Source: a bacterium (GTDB taxonomy: Bacteria > Patescibacteriota > Minisyncoccia > Phycocordibacterales > UBA5272). From it: a stretch of DNA of 64,000 bases. The position numbers and the translations under genes are program-made. The DNA lies in assembly GCA_023267635.1 (NCBI GenBank), contig JAHFMX010000004.1, positions 2,837 through 66,836 of the forward strand. The letters are read 5' to 3'. Of the stretch, positions 28,624-38,721 are shown piece after piece. Below the pieces are notes generated by a model. The model worked only from the letters and a program-made list of their open reading frames with translations. It searched no databases and was not told the DNA's origin. The first letter of the stretch is position 1, and each line of letters begins with the position of its first letter.

Positions 28624-29652
28624 ATGGCAGGAATAACCTTTAAACCAAAAGCAGTTTCGAAGAAGCTTCTCACCACCCTCAACCCACGTACACGTGAGAT
28701 TGTGGTTAATCGCTATGGTCTTGAGAAGGAAGGTCGCATGACGCTTGAAGCGATCGGGAAGACATACGACATTACTCGTGAACGTGTTCGCCAGATTGAA
28801 AATTTTGCCCTAGCTTCGATTAAAAAATCAAAGGAATTTAAGGAACACGCTTTTGTGTTTGACGAACTTAAGGCTGTTCTTAAAGAACTTGGGGCTGTTG
28901 TTTCAGAGGAACACCTCATGCGTCATATTTCAAAGGATCCTGTAGTTCAGAACCACATTAACCTATACCTCGCTCTTGGGGATGAATTCAAGAAGCATAA
29001 AGAAGACGATAATTTTCACGCTCACTTTTCAATTGATGATAAGCACGCAACACATATTCGTGAAGCCCTTGGAAAACTCTACGGTTCTATTGATGAAGAA
29101 GACCTGGTAACAGAAGAAGAAATCTTTACTCGTTTTACGGGACATCTTACAGAGGTTCTTGGAGAATTTAAGGACAATAAAGAAGTTATTTATCGCTACC
29201 TCGCACTTTCAAAAGTAATCGGCAAGAATCAGCTCTCAGAATGGGGACGCACATCATCTCCTCATGTTAAAGCTCGTGGTATTAAAGACTATGCATACTT
29301 GATTATGCGTCGCGCAGGACGCCCTATGCACTTCAAGGAGGTGGCTACAGAAATCAATAAGACATTCGGAAAGAAAGCTCATGTTGCGACATGTCACAAC
29401 GAACTGATTAAGGATTCTCGATTCGTTCTTGTTGGCCGCGGAATGTATGGTCTTAAAGACTGGGGACACACAGGAGGTGTTGTTCGGGATGTAATCACTG
29501 AAGTTCTTAAGGAATCAGGACGCCCACTTCCAAAAGATGAAATTGTTAAACGAGTGCTCGCAAAGCGCATTGTAAAACCAAACACCGTTCTCGTAAATCT
29601 TCAGAACGCCAAGTATTTCCGTAAGGTTGCTGGAGAATACACACTAGCCTAA
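28624..29652 (+). CDS. Sigma70 region-4 HTH plus winged-HTH (HARE-HTH-like) DNA-binding protein
   Basis: TLEAIGKTYDITRERVRQIE; C-terminal PMHFKEVA...HNELIKDSRFVLVGRGMYGL. Confidence 0.8.
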   Translation: MAGITFKPKAVSKKLLTTLNPRTREIVVNRYGLEKEGRMTLEAIGKTYDITRERVRQIENFALASIKKSKEFKEHAFVFDELKAVLKELGAVVSEEHLMRHISKDPVVQNHINLYLALGDEFKKHKEDDNFHAHFSIDDKHATHIREALGKLYGSIDEEDLVTEEEIFTRFTGHLTEVLGEFKDNKEVIYRYLALSKVIGKNQLSEWGRTSSPHVKARGIKDYAYLIMRRAGRPMHFKEVATEINKTFGKKAHVATCHNELIKDSRFVLVGRGMYGLKDWGHTGGVVRDVITEVLKESGRPLPKDEIVKRVLAKRIVKPNTVLVNLQNAKYFRKVAGEYTLA

Positions 29653-29757
29653 CAAGATAGAGGTTACAAACCACGAAGTCGAAAGCCTTCGTGGTTTGTA
29701 ATTTTGACTAGTGACTATTCCCTATTACCTAGGTGTTAGTTTTGGTATACTATTTCC

Positions 29758-31275
29758 ATGCAACTCCTCATTGATATCGCGCTTAGCCTTATCTATTTTT
29801 GTCTATTCTTACTTTTGTGCGCATGGGCATGGAGGTTCTGGATGATGTATATCAATCAGAAGTATTTAAACAAAACGAATCAGGAATATGTCATGCTTGA
29901 AATCAAGCTTCCTCGTGAAATTTTTAAATCTCCGTATGCTACTGAAGCGGCGCTAGCTTCACTTCTCCAAAGTGGAGGTATGAGTACATGGCATGCAAGG
30001 CTCTTTCAAGGAAATCTCCCGATGTATTCATCTCTAGAAATTGCATCAATTGAAGGTGTTGTTCATTTCTATATCCGTACTCAAGGAAAATTTCGTTCAC
30101 TTGTTGAATCTAACTTTTATGCACAGTACCCAGGAATAGAAATTGTTGAAGCAGATGATTATACAAACCTCATTAGGTATCATCATCTTACAAAAAATGT
30201 TAATTGTTGGGGGGAAACATATGGACTTCAAAAATCTTGGACACCAACTGATGAAGATAAGGGTGAAGCATATAAAGATAAAAAAGGTGATGACTATAAA
30301 ATGAAGGCAGATTTTCTGCCTATTAAAACATATGTTGATTATGGTTTGGATAAGGATCCAAAAGAAGAGTTTAAGATTGACCCGATTACACCTTTACTTG
30401 AAATGATGGGAAGCATTGGGAAGGGTGAATATTTATGGTATCAAATTATTCTTCAAGATGAATCAGTGTATGATGGAAAAAAGATGCCAAAAATATATGT
30501 TAATGAAATCACACACGAACATCTGTCTCTTGCGGATATGGCTAAAGAATATAAGAAGCAGAAAAAAGTAGCCGGATGGATAAAGAAAGGTGAGAAAGTC
30601 TACGACGATGAAGGGGATGTAAAACAGAAACAGATCGATAAAGATGCGGAGGGAAAACCTATCTATGGTGATGCTGTGCATCAAAAAACAAAACCTATTT
30701 CAAAAAAGGAAGTGGATGTAAGTGCCGAGGATAAAGATTTGATAGAAGCGGTAAATAAGAAACTTTCAAAGCCGCTCGCAAATGTCATTATACGTATGCT
30801 GTACCTGGCCAACACAGACGTAGGAAAATTTAATGTAGGAAATATTCAAAATATTCTTAGTTCCCATAAACCTTTTATAGGAATTAACTCTATTGGTTTC
30901 AAAAAAACAACTGACCCATATGATTTCAAATGGGAGAACTTTAGAGGGCGCCGTGTTCCATGGAGAACAGAAGAGATGTTTGAAGCATATGTTGAGCGCG
31001 AAGGATTCTACCCTCATATTGAATCAAGAAAGTCACTTGATGCTTGGGAGGATTCTATTTTCTGGGAATCAAGTATGAAAACAAGAAAGCTATGGCGCAT
31101 GATGTATGAAGGATTTTTCCATCCATTTAGTCATCCACAAGCAGATGAAGTATTTACGCTTAACCTTGAGGAATTAGCTACACTATGGCACTTGCCTGGC
31201 GCAGTTGCGACAACGCCTACGCTTCCACGTATCGACAGTGCTAAAGGAGTCGCCCCAGTTAATCTTCCTCAATAG
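29758..31275 (+). CDS. Conserved CPR membrane-anchored hypothetical protein
   Basis: N-terminal TM, LEIKLP, SLEIAS, YAQYP.IEI.E..DY, LN.EELATLWH motifs. Confidence 0.7.
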   Translation: MQLLIDIALSLIYFCLFLLLCAWAWRFWMMYINQKYLNKTNQEYVMLEIKLPREIFKSPYATEAALASLLQSGGMSTWHARLFQGNLPMYSSLEIASIEGVVHFYIRTQGKFRSLVESNFYAQYPGIEIVEADDYTNLIRYHHLTKNVNCWGETYGLQKSWTPTDEDKGEAYKDKKGDDYKMKADFLPIKTYVDYGLDKDPKEEFKIDPITPLLEMMGSIGKGEYLWYQIILQDESVYDGKKMPKIYVNEITHEHLSLADMAKEYKKQKKVAGWIKKGEKVYDDEGDVKQKQIDKDAEGKPIYGDAVHQKTKPISKKEVDVSAEDKDLIEAVNKKLSKPLANVIIRMLYLANTDVGKFNVGNIQNILSSHKPFIGINSIGFKKTTDPYDFKWENFRGRRVPWRTEEMFEAYVEREGFYPHIESRKSLDAWEDSIFWESSMKTRKLWRMMYEGFFHPFSHPQADEVFTLNLEELATLWHLPGAVATTPTLPRIDSAKGVAPVNLPQ

Positions 31276-31277
31276 GT

Positions 31278-32174
31278 ATGCGCATTCACGATAAGCTACA
31301 AATGTTAGTGATTGTGGGAGTTCTTGTTTTCGGTTTGCTAGCATACAGTCTAGCTTTTAATGCCCCAACTTCGTTTCCTGAAGGTCAAAGATTCCAAGTT
31401 GGTGAAGGAGAGAGTCTCTACAGTGTGAGCGAGCGTCTTGAAAAAGAAGGTATTATTAATTCAGCACTTTTTTTTAGAGGTTGGATTTCTATACTTGGTC
31501 GAGACAAGGCAATAGATCTTGGGGTATATGTGTTTACTTCAAAGGCACCTTTAGGTGCCGTTGTTGCAAAATTTGTTACAGGCCCTGATGAGCCACTTCT
31601 CTCTGTTACGATTCCTGAGGGGTACACTACGAAGGATATTGCAGAAGCTTTTAAGAAAGCAGTTCCTACTATCTCAGTTGATGCCTTCGGTGAGTTGGTG
31701 CAAAAAGATAAGCTAGATGGATATCTTTTTCCTTCAACGTATTATCCGCTTCCTTCATTTACGGAACAAGATATTATAGAGCGCATGAGAAGCACGTTTG
31801 ATAAAGAATATAATGCTAACTTTGGAGACGTGGCGTACCCACGCTTTGTTCCTACACAACAAGATGTTATTACATTAGCTTCGATTATTGAAGGAGAGGC
31901 CAATACTCCGAAAGACATGAAAATTGTTTCAGGGATTCTACAGAAGCGTCTTGAAAATGGCATGCGTCTTCAGGTGGATGTGGCAGAAGTAACGTATAGA
32001 AAAAGTGGTATTCCAGAGCAACCCATTAGCAACCCTGGATTAGTTGCGATAGATGCAGTCTTTAATCCAATAGCCAATCCATATCTCTATTATTTAACAG
32101 GACGTGATGGTAAAATGTATTACTCAAAAACGTTCGCCGAGCACAAGAAAAATATTGAAAAATATCTTCGTTAA
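31278..32174 (+). CDS. mltG: Endolytic transglycosylase MltG
   Basis: VTIPEG, DGYLFPSTY, LASIIE.E, PISNPG, YLYY. Confidence 0.92.
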   Translation: MRIHDKLQMLVIVGVLVFGLLAYSLAFNAPTSFPEGQRFQVGEGESLYSVSERLEKEGIINSALFFRGWISILGRDKAIDLGVYVFTSKAPLGAVVAKFVTGPDEPLLSVTIPEGYTTKDIAEAFKKAVPTISVDAFGELVQKDKLDGYLFPSTYYPLPSFTEQDIIERMRSTFDKEYNANFGDVAYPRFVPTQQDVITLASIIEGEANTPKDMKIVSGILQKRLENGMRLQVDVAEVTYRKSGIPEQPISNPGLVAIDAVFNPIANPYLYYLTGRDGKMYYSKTFAEHKKNIEKYLR

Positions 32175-32204
32175 AAATCTTTATCTACTAGTTACTTATC
32201 CCGC

Positions 32205-32756
32205 ATGAAAATTCACAATCTCGCTTTTATTGACACAGAAACAACAGGACTTGACCCAAATAGACATGAAATTATAGAACTAGCCTGTGTTATTGCTCGT
32301 CAGGTTGAGCGTCCAGGAAGAGGTCCTTCTATTGAAATCATAGAAGAGTGTGAATGGAAGATAAAACCTGAACGACTCGAACTAGCTGACGAGGAGGCTC
32401 TTCGTGTGAACGGGTACAACGAAGTTGATTGGATGTTTGCGGTAGACAGAAAAAAAGCTATGGAAGAATTTGCAAAGAAAACACAGAGTGCAACCTTTGT
32501 ATCACATAACCTTGTGTTTGATTACTCTTTCATTCAAAAAGCGTTTGAAGAAACTGGCGTGGATAGTCGTATGCACTATGCAAAGTTAGACACCATTTCT
32601 ATGGCGTTTGCTCGACTCTATGAGGCTCCACAGGCTGATAAGTTCTCTCTTCGTGCGCTCTGTGAGTTGTTGAAAGTGGAAAATACTAAGGCTCACACAG
32701 CACTCGCTGATACGAAAGCTCTTGTGGCGTGTTATCGCAAGATGATGAACGCCTAA
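32205..32756 (+). CDS. DEDDh 3'-5' exonuclease (DnaQ-like)
   Basis: DTETTG, HNLVFD, HTALAD. Confidence 0.9.
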   Translation: MKIHNLAFIDTETTGLDPNRHEIIELACVIARQVERPGRGPSIEIIEECEWKIKPERLELADEEALRVNGYNEVDWMFAVDRKKAMEEFAKKTQSATFVSHNLVFDYSFIQKAFEETGVDSRMHYAKLDTISMAFARLYEAPQADKFSLRALCELLKVENTKAHTALADTKALVACYRKMMNA

Positions 32757-32805
32757 CAAATGGGCTCGAGTTTGAAAAGAAGTTCCTCTATGGTAGATTT
32801 GGGTA

Positions 32806-33855
32806 ATGAATAACAAGAAGAAAGTATATGTCGGCATGTCAGGCGGAGTTGATTCGTCTGTCTCTGCTGCACTTCTTCTTGAACAAGGATACGATGTGAC
32901 AGGCGTGTTCATTAAAGTATGGCAACCAGATTTCATTGAGTGTACATGGAAAGAAGATAGATTAGATGCCATGCGAGTTGCTGCTCAATTAGGCATTCCA
33001 TTCGTGACACTCGATCTTGAAAAAGAATACAAACAGGGTGTTATTGATTATATGATAGAAGAATACAGAATTGGTCGCACACCTAATCCTGATGTGATGT
33101 GCAATCGAGAAGTAAAGTTTGGAGCATTTTGGAGATGGGCCAAGGAACAAGGTGCTGAGTACGTCGCAACGGGACATTATGCTTCTACAGATAATGCACA
33201 CCTACTTCTTCCGAAAGATGCAAATAAAGATCAAACATATTTTTTATGGACCTTGACCTGCGATGATCTTGAGCATGTACTGTTTCCGATTGGTTATATG
33301 GAAAAGGACGATGTGCGAAAAGAAGCAGAAAAAAGAAGTTTGTATACAAGCTCTAAGAAGGACAGTCAGGGACTTTGTTTTATAGGGACGATTGACCTAA
33401 AAACACTTCTTAAGGAATACATCAAACAAGAAACAGGAGACGTTATAAATCAAGCTGGTGAGATTATAGGGAGCCATGAAGGGGTTATGTTTTATACTAT
33501 CGGTGAGCGACATGGTTTTACTATTACAAAAAAAAGCACTGATGATGCACCGTACTATGTTATTGGAAAAGATTTAGAAAAGAACCTGCTTATTATTTCG
33601 CACAGTAAACCACACACAGAAAAGAGCCAGGAAATAGTTTTAGAAAAGATAAGCTTTGTAAATGAAGTTCCTCAAAAAGAAACTACATATAGCGCACGCG
33701 GGCGTTATCGAGCACCTCTCGCGAAGGTAAAAATAGTTGAAGATAACAATGTATGGAAGGTGCAAGTTTTGGAAGGAGAGCTTATTCATACATCAGGACA
33801 ATCTCTGGTCCTCTATGACGATACAAAATGTATCGGTGGAGGTATCATGAGATAA
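32806..33855 (+). CDS. mnmA: tRNA 2-thiouridylase MnmA
   Basis: SGGVDSS, TPNPDVMCN, ATGHYA, KDQTYFL, DSQGLCF. Confidence 0.97.
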   Translation: MNNKKKVYVGMSGGVDSSVSAALLLEQGYDVTGVFIKVWQPDFIECTWKEDRLDAMRVAAQLGIPFVTLDLEKEYKQGVIDYMIEEYRIGRTPNPDVMCNREVKFGAFWRWAKEQGAEYVATGHYASTDNAHLLLPKDANKDQTYFLWTLTCDDLEHVLFPIGYMEKDDVRKEAEKRSLYTSSKKDSQGLCFIGTIDLKTLLKEYIKQETGDVINQAGEIIGSHEGVMFYTIGERHGFTITKKSTDDAPYYVIGKDLEKNLLIISHSKPHTEKSQEIVLEKISFVNEVPQKETTYSARGRYRAPLAKVKIVEDNNVWKVQVLEGELIHTSGQSLVLYDDTKCIGGGIMR

Positions 33856-33884
33856 AAAGAGAGGCGCGAAGCCTCTCTTTGTAA

Positions 33885-34574
33885 TTAGTGAGAATGTCCT
33901 TCGTGACTATCTGGGTGTCGTCGATGGAAACCGATCTCAAGCCAGATAATCCAGAGCACAATCGCTCCCAAAGAAGCAATACTTGCTATTTCAAGTGCAT
34001 GAAGTTGCTCATGATCTATTTGTTTCCCAAGCATGTAGACAAGTATTGCTGAAATAGGAGATCCTATTTGAGCTGCCATACCGTAGACGATTGATTTTCT
34101 AATAGAAAGACCTAAGCCCCGAAACACAGTGAGCGTACCAATTATTTTTGGAAGCTCGTGGATAATAATTCCAAGTGTTGCAGCGTATCCCAGTAATGGA
34201 CTTACCAAATAGGTTGCTCCAATCACAGCTCCATCAATGAGAGAATGGAAGGCTTCACTCACCACAATTCCTTTTGCCCCTTCTAGCTCTTTATCGTGAG
34301 CATGTCCGTGATTGAAACGCGAAAGAATAAAAAGGGTAATGAGTGCCGTGATTGCAGCAACCAGTAAGTCAGTCCACCCTAAGTCTTCAGCATGTTCATT
34401 GAATGTTGCGAAGACAGTAAACACAAGAAGACCAAGCCCAATGAACAGGAAAGCAATTTTGAGCTTTCCTTCGAAAAGGTTTCTTCGCAAGAGAAGAGCA
34501 ATAACCGCAAGTAGAGGAAGTGCCGCAGAGCTCAAAAGAACAAGTAATAGTGATTGGTTCATGAGTATTTCCAT
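33885..34574 (-). CDS. ZIP-family divalent metal transporter
   Basis: Multiple TM helices, HGHAH loop, FHSLIDG, IIIHELP; start uncertain (34601 or 34574). Confidence 0.85.
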   Translation of the reverse strand: MEILMNQSLLLVLLSSAALPLLAVIALLLRRNLFEGKLKIAFLFIGLGLLVFTVFATFNEHAEDLGWTDLLVAAITALITLFILSRFNHGHAHDKELEGAKGIVVSEAFHSLIDGAVIGATYLVSPLLGYAATLGIIIHELPKIIGTLTVFRGLGLSIRKSIVYGMAAQIGSPISAILVYMLGKQIDHEQLHALEIASIASLGAIVLWIIWLEIGFHRRHPDSHEGHSH

Positions 34575-34615
34575 AGGTGTAGGTATGTATAACAGTATCA
34601 CGTGATATGTTTATA

Positions 34616-34657
34616 TGCAAATAGTTCGCACAGTATTTGTTCTGCGAATACATTGCA
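34616..34657. promoter_or_regulatory. Two Fur-family-like operator boxes between the ZIP and fur genes
   Basis: tgcaa-atagt-tcgca (34616-34630) and tgcga-ataca-ttgca (34643-34657). Confidence 0.55.
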
Positions 34658-34695
34658 TATACTTTTATAAAGTAGCATGATAGTATGAATACAGC

Positions 34696-35124
34696 ATGGC
34701 AATATATTCTAAAGACGAGCTTATTAACATGGTAAAAGGTGCAGGACTTCGTGTCACTGATCATCGGCTTTTAGTGTTGGAATATTTAGCAAAAGTAAAA
34801 CAGCCTGTTACTGTGTATGAACTCGTGGAAGACCTCCGCAAGAAAGAAAACATTGATCAAGCAACGGTATACCGAAATCTTTCCTCTCTACACGAGGCAG
34901 GACTCCTGAGACGGCTTGATTTTAATCATGGACATGCGCATTACGAGCTTGAAACAGGACATGCGTCACATCAGCTGGTGTGTAATAACTGTGAGACAAT
35001 AGAAAAGATAGAAGGCATTTCTATTGATGATACTGTGAAGAAAATGCTTAAGAAGAGTAAAAAGTTTAAACACACAACAACTCACTCAATGGAAATATAC
35101 GGTTTATGCAAAACTTGCGCCTAG
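34696..35124 (+). CDS. Fur-family metal-responsive regulator (Zur-like)
   Basis: GLRVT..R, ATVYRNL, H.LVCNNC, GLCKTC. Confidence 0.92.
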   Translation: MAIYSKDELINMVKGAGLRVTDHRLLVLEYLAKVKQPVTVYELVEDLRKKENIDQATVYRNLSSLHEAGLLRRLDFNHGHAHYELETGHASHQLVCNNCETIEKIEGISIDDTVKKMLKKSKKFKHTTTHSMEIYGLCKTCA

Positions 35125-36224
35125 CTATTCTTTTTGTAAGCTTCGTTAGCACGTTCTCTTTTTCTTTTGCTCAGGATTCTGTGTTGCTTCAGGATAGAGA
35201 GCTAACGATGCTCGCGACAGTGCTTCGGGTGGAGAGCTCAGAACTTCAGGAGGTTCCAAATACAAACACCACAGCACTGTATCAGACTGTTGTCGTTCGT
35301 ATTACGAAAGGTGAACAGCAAGATAAAGAAGTAACGATTACGGACAGTGCTTTTGCGGTACAGTCGGGAGATAAAGTGTACGTAAGATATTTACAGACAG
35401 CTGACGGCGGAGAGTATTACAGCATTCAAGAACCCTATCGATTAGATGCGCTTCTCTGGCTCTTCATTTTTTTCGTAGCAGTAGTGCTACTTTTCGGAGG
35501 TAAGCAAGGATTCCTTTCGCTTGTTGCTTTGTTTGTGTCTTTTGGTGGAATATTTACATATCTTTTCCCGCATATTATTACAGGGGGAAACATTGTTGCG
35601 ATTGCAACACTCGGTGCGTTACTTTCGTTATTTGTGGTTATGTATCTTACGCACGGGTTTACAAGGCTCACTACGTCCGCCTTTCTTGGATGTACGTTGT
35701 CAGTACTTGTAACGCTTGCTTTGGCAAAATATGCTGTTGTTATAGCAAAGCTAACTGGTTTTGCTAATGAAGAGAGTGTGTACCTCAATATTGCAACGCA
35801 GGGTAATATTGATTTTATAGCACTTCTCGTCGGAGGAATTATTATAGGAGTAATAGGAGTTATTGATGATGTTTCCATTACTCAAGCGTCAGTTGTTAAT
35901 CAATTGCAATTAGCGAATCCGCAGATAAGCGCAAGAAATTTGTACACCAAAGCGCTTTCGGTCGGTAAGGATCATATGGGAGCTGTTATTAACACGCTTA
36001 TCTTGGCATACGCAGGTGCGTCATTGCCACTTGTTCTGCTTTTCTATGTAAGTAATACACCAGTGTTAGAGCTTATCAATCGTGAGATTGTAGCAACTGA
36101 AATTGTCCGCAGTATTGTTGGTTCTGTAGGACTGTTACTAGCTGTTCCACTAACAACACTTATCGCAGTGTTTCTTATGAAAAATCACGCCTCAAAGGAA
36201 CATGCGCACACCCATCAGCATTAA
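35106..36224 (+). CDS. YibE/F-family membrane protein
   Basis: IG..GVIDDVSITQAS, GKDHMG..INTLILAYAG, EIVRS..GS.G; His-rich tail. Confidence 0.88.
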   Translation: MQNLRLAILFVSFVSTFSFSFAQDSVLLQDRELTMLATVLRVESSELQEVPNTNTTALYQTVVVRITKGEQQDKEVTITDSAFAVQSGDKVYVRYLQTADGGEYYSIQEPYRLDALLWLFIFFVAVVLLFGGKQGFLSLVALFVSFGGIFTYLFPHIITGGNIVAIATLGALLSLFVVMYLTHGFTRLTTSAFLGCTLSVLVTLALAKYAVVIAKLTGFANEESVYLNIATQGNIDFIALLVGGIIIGVIGVIDDVSITQASVVNQLQLANPQISARNLYTKALSVGKDHMGAVINTLILAYAGASLPLVLLFYVSNTPVLELINREIVATEIVRSIVGSVGLLLAVPLTTLIAVFLMKNHASKEHAHTHQH

Positions 36225-36248
36225 GTTGAAAATGGTATACTTGTCAGT

Positions 36249-36704
36249 ATGATTAAAGTCGGAAATAAAGCTCCAAAGTTCTCCTTGCAAGACCAAGAGG
36301 GGAAGATTCATACACTTTCTCAGTACCAAGGAAAGAAAATACTGCTGTACTTTTATCCTAAGGATGACACACCAGGATGTACTACCGAGGCCTGTAACTT
36401 TCGTGATGGATATGACATGTTTACAAACATGGGGTTAGTTATTCTAGGGGTTAGTAAGGACGGGGTGGAAAGTCATAAAAAATTTGCAGAGAAGTTCTCG
36501 CTCCCATTCCCGCTTCTTGCTGATGAGTCAACAGATGTCTCACAAGCGTACGGTGTCTGGAAACAAAAAAAGTTTATGGGACGAAAATACATGGGAATAA
36601 ATCGCACAAGCTTTCTTATTGATGAAAAAGGGGTTATTAGTAAAATCTATGAAGGGGTGAAAGCTAACGAACACGCAAAAGATGTTGAAGGAGATCTCTC
36701 ATAA
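36249..36704 (+). CDS. bcp: Peroxiredoxin Bcp
   Basis: YFYPKDDTPGCTTEAC. Confidence 0.95.
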   Translation: MIKVGNKAPKFSLQDQEGKIHTLSQYQGKKILLYFYPKDDTPGCTTEACNFRDGYDMFTNMGLVILGVSKDGVESHKKFAEKFSLPFPLLADESTDVSQAYGVWKQKKFMGRKYMGINRTSFLIDEKGVISKIYEGVKANEHAKDVEGDLS

Positions 36705-36766
36705 CCTCGTTTTCAAATAAAAAAAGCCCCACAGAGTGGGGCTTTCGTTTTGGTTTGGCAGGTAAA

Positions 36767-37129
36767 TTAATTCCCGCCAGGCATACGCATGAAGCAAACA
36801 TTCGGCGGACCGACGTCGTCTTTGAAATCGGGGTGTGCACTGAAGGGTTCGGTGCCTCCGTTGCTTGTCCACGAAATCAAATTGTCGCGATCCTGGATCT
36901 TTTTCGTCCTGTAAGGAGTGCCGTCGTGAGTGAGGCCCACCCAAGCAGAATTGATGTGGACGTTGGAAACCACGCCACCTTTCAGACGCACGGCACCCTG
37001 TGTGTCTACGTCAATCATTAATCCCAGAAAGCCGTTGATTCTGCTTCCCAGGAACGTCTGCATTTCTTCTGCGGTCATGTCGGACGTTGCAACCCCACTG
37101 ACCTGTTCTTCGATTTGATCTCTTGCCAT
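36767..37129 (-). CDS. Hypothetical protein, ORFan cassette
   Basis: 120-aa ORF; purine-rich upstream sequence; terminator at 36719-36747. Confidence 0.6.
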   Translation of the reverse strand: MARDQIEEQVSGVATSDMTAEEMQTFLGSRINGFLGLMIDVDTQGAVRLKGGVVSNVHINSAWVGLTHDGTPYRTKKIQDRDNLISWTSNGGTEPFSAHPDFKDDVGPPNVCFMRMPGGN

Positions 37130-37326
37130 GATGTATCTCTCTTCTTCGATAGAGTATTTAAATGTGCATACGGCAATGGTTTCTCATCACCGCTCCTCGT
37201 GTCATCATCGTAAGGTTGCTCTTATTATAAAGTGCTTACATGACTCCACTCGGTAAGCCTATACCTCGGAGGTTCTTTTGTAAACCCTGCGGAGACGTTT
37301 ACCTGTGTACGAGAAAGAGATGTCTA

Positions 37327-38064
37327 TTATCGAGAGAGAGCTTCTTCAATTGCTGCTTGAATATATTCGTATGGTCGTGCGCCATCAAGCATTGCAACTA
37401 CTTCAAGACCTTTTCGTGTTTTTACAAGAACGAAAGAAGACGGTGTGCCTTGAACACCGGCTTGAACGCCATCATTAACTGAAGTATCAATAGTAAGAGA
37501 GGTATCCTCACTCTTCATACAAGCTGTAAAAGCAGAAGAGTTTAACCCTCCATTTTTTGCAAGATCTACTATTCCTGTTGCTGGTAGTTGCGTTGTTTGA
37601 TTAGAAAGTTTATAGCCATAGAGCGCATCAATGTATGTGTAGAATCCTTGTGACCCATTGAGCGTTCCTGCACAGGCGATGGCCTTTGATTCATTGAAAG
37701 CATTCGGGTGAATTTGTGTTAAAGGGAAATGGCGGTATACGAATCCAATTTTTTCAGCGTAGTCTGTCCTAATCTGCTTTAATGTTGGATGTAATGTCAC
37801 ACAGTACGGACATTCAGGGTCAGAGTATTCAACAATCACAACCTTGCTGTCAGCATTTCCTTCGATGTAATCTTTGTTGTCGATTGGTTTTCCTGTGAAA
37901 AGAGAACTTTCTGCTTTTGCTCCGTTATTTCTAATAATGAAACCATATGCGACATGGCTACCTGCCAAAATGAGCGCAGCAAGGATGATTGCAACAGGAG
38001 TGGTGAGTTTGAATGTGCTGAGTGTGTGGCGAAAAGACATAAGAAGTGATGGAGTTTTAATCAT
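37327..38064 (-). CDS. DsbA-family thiol:disulfide oxidoreductase
   Basis: EYSDPECPYC, YRHFPL, GVQGTP; N-terminal TM. Confidence 0.92.
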   Translation of the reverse strand: MIKTPSLLMSFRHTLSTFKLTTPVAIILAALILAGSHVAYGFIIRNNGAKAESSLFTGKPIDNKDYIEGNADSKVVIVEYSDPECPYCVTLHPTLKQIRTDYAEKIGFVYRHFPLTQIHPNAFNESKAIACAGTLNGSQGFYTYIDALYGYKLSNQTTQLPATGIVDLAKNGGLNSSAFTACMKSEDTSLTIDTSVNDGVQAGVQGTPSSFVLVKTRKGLEVVAMLDGARPYEYIQAAIEEALSR

Positions 38065-38098
38065 ACTGGTTTATACTAAATATACTTTCGAGTATATC

Positions 38099-38674
38099 AT
38101 GAGCATCTCCTCTCCTTTTTCGATGGCCACTTTTAAACGTCTCATGCTTGGCACGTTTCTTGAGTTCGGTCCGATACTTATTTTTCTCGGATCTTTTCAA
38201 CATTTTCATATTTATAAAGCAACGATGTTGCTGATGATTGGAACCATTATTTCAACCGTCTTGACGTACCGCCTCCAGAAGAGGCTTCCGTACCTTGCTT
38301 TGTACCTAGCTTTCCTCACTATTGCTTTTGGATACCTTACATTAGCTCATCGGGAGCCGAAGTTTATACAAATGCGAGACACGCTCTATGATCTTACATG
38401 TGCGATTACACTTCTTGTCGGGCTTATGATTAATGTTCCTTTTCTTAAACATGCTTTCCACCAAGTGATCCCAATGACGCTTCGAGCATGGCACAGGTTA
38501 ACGTATGCGTGGATAGCTTTTTTTATAACGATTGCAATACTTAATGAGTATGTGCGAAGAACGTATAATCTGCAGGACTGGTTCGACTTTAAGAGTGTTA
38601 TGGTGCTTGTTACTGTGGTGTTTGGCTTCACAGCACTCTCTCTCTGTTATGAGAAAGGGGTAGAAGAGAAGTAG
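38099..38674 (+). CDS. YciB/IspA-family inner membrane protein
   Basis: LEFGP...IY.AT, FG.LTL....FIQM, W..LT..W..FF...LNE motifs; start moved to ATG 38099. Confidence 0.8.
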   Translation: MSISSPFSMATFKRLMLGTFLEFGPILIFLGSFQHFHIYKATMLLMIGTIISTVLTYRLQKRLPYLALYLAFLTIAFGYLTLAHREPKFIQMRDTLYDLTCAITLLVGLMINVPFLKHAFHQVIPMTLRAWHRLTYAWIAFFITIAILNEYVRRTYNLQDWFDFKSVMVLVTVVFGFTALSLCYEKGVEEK

Positions 38675-38721
38675 TATTTCTATAGAAAACAGCATAAGAA
38701 TATGCTAAACTCTGTTTCATT

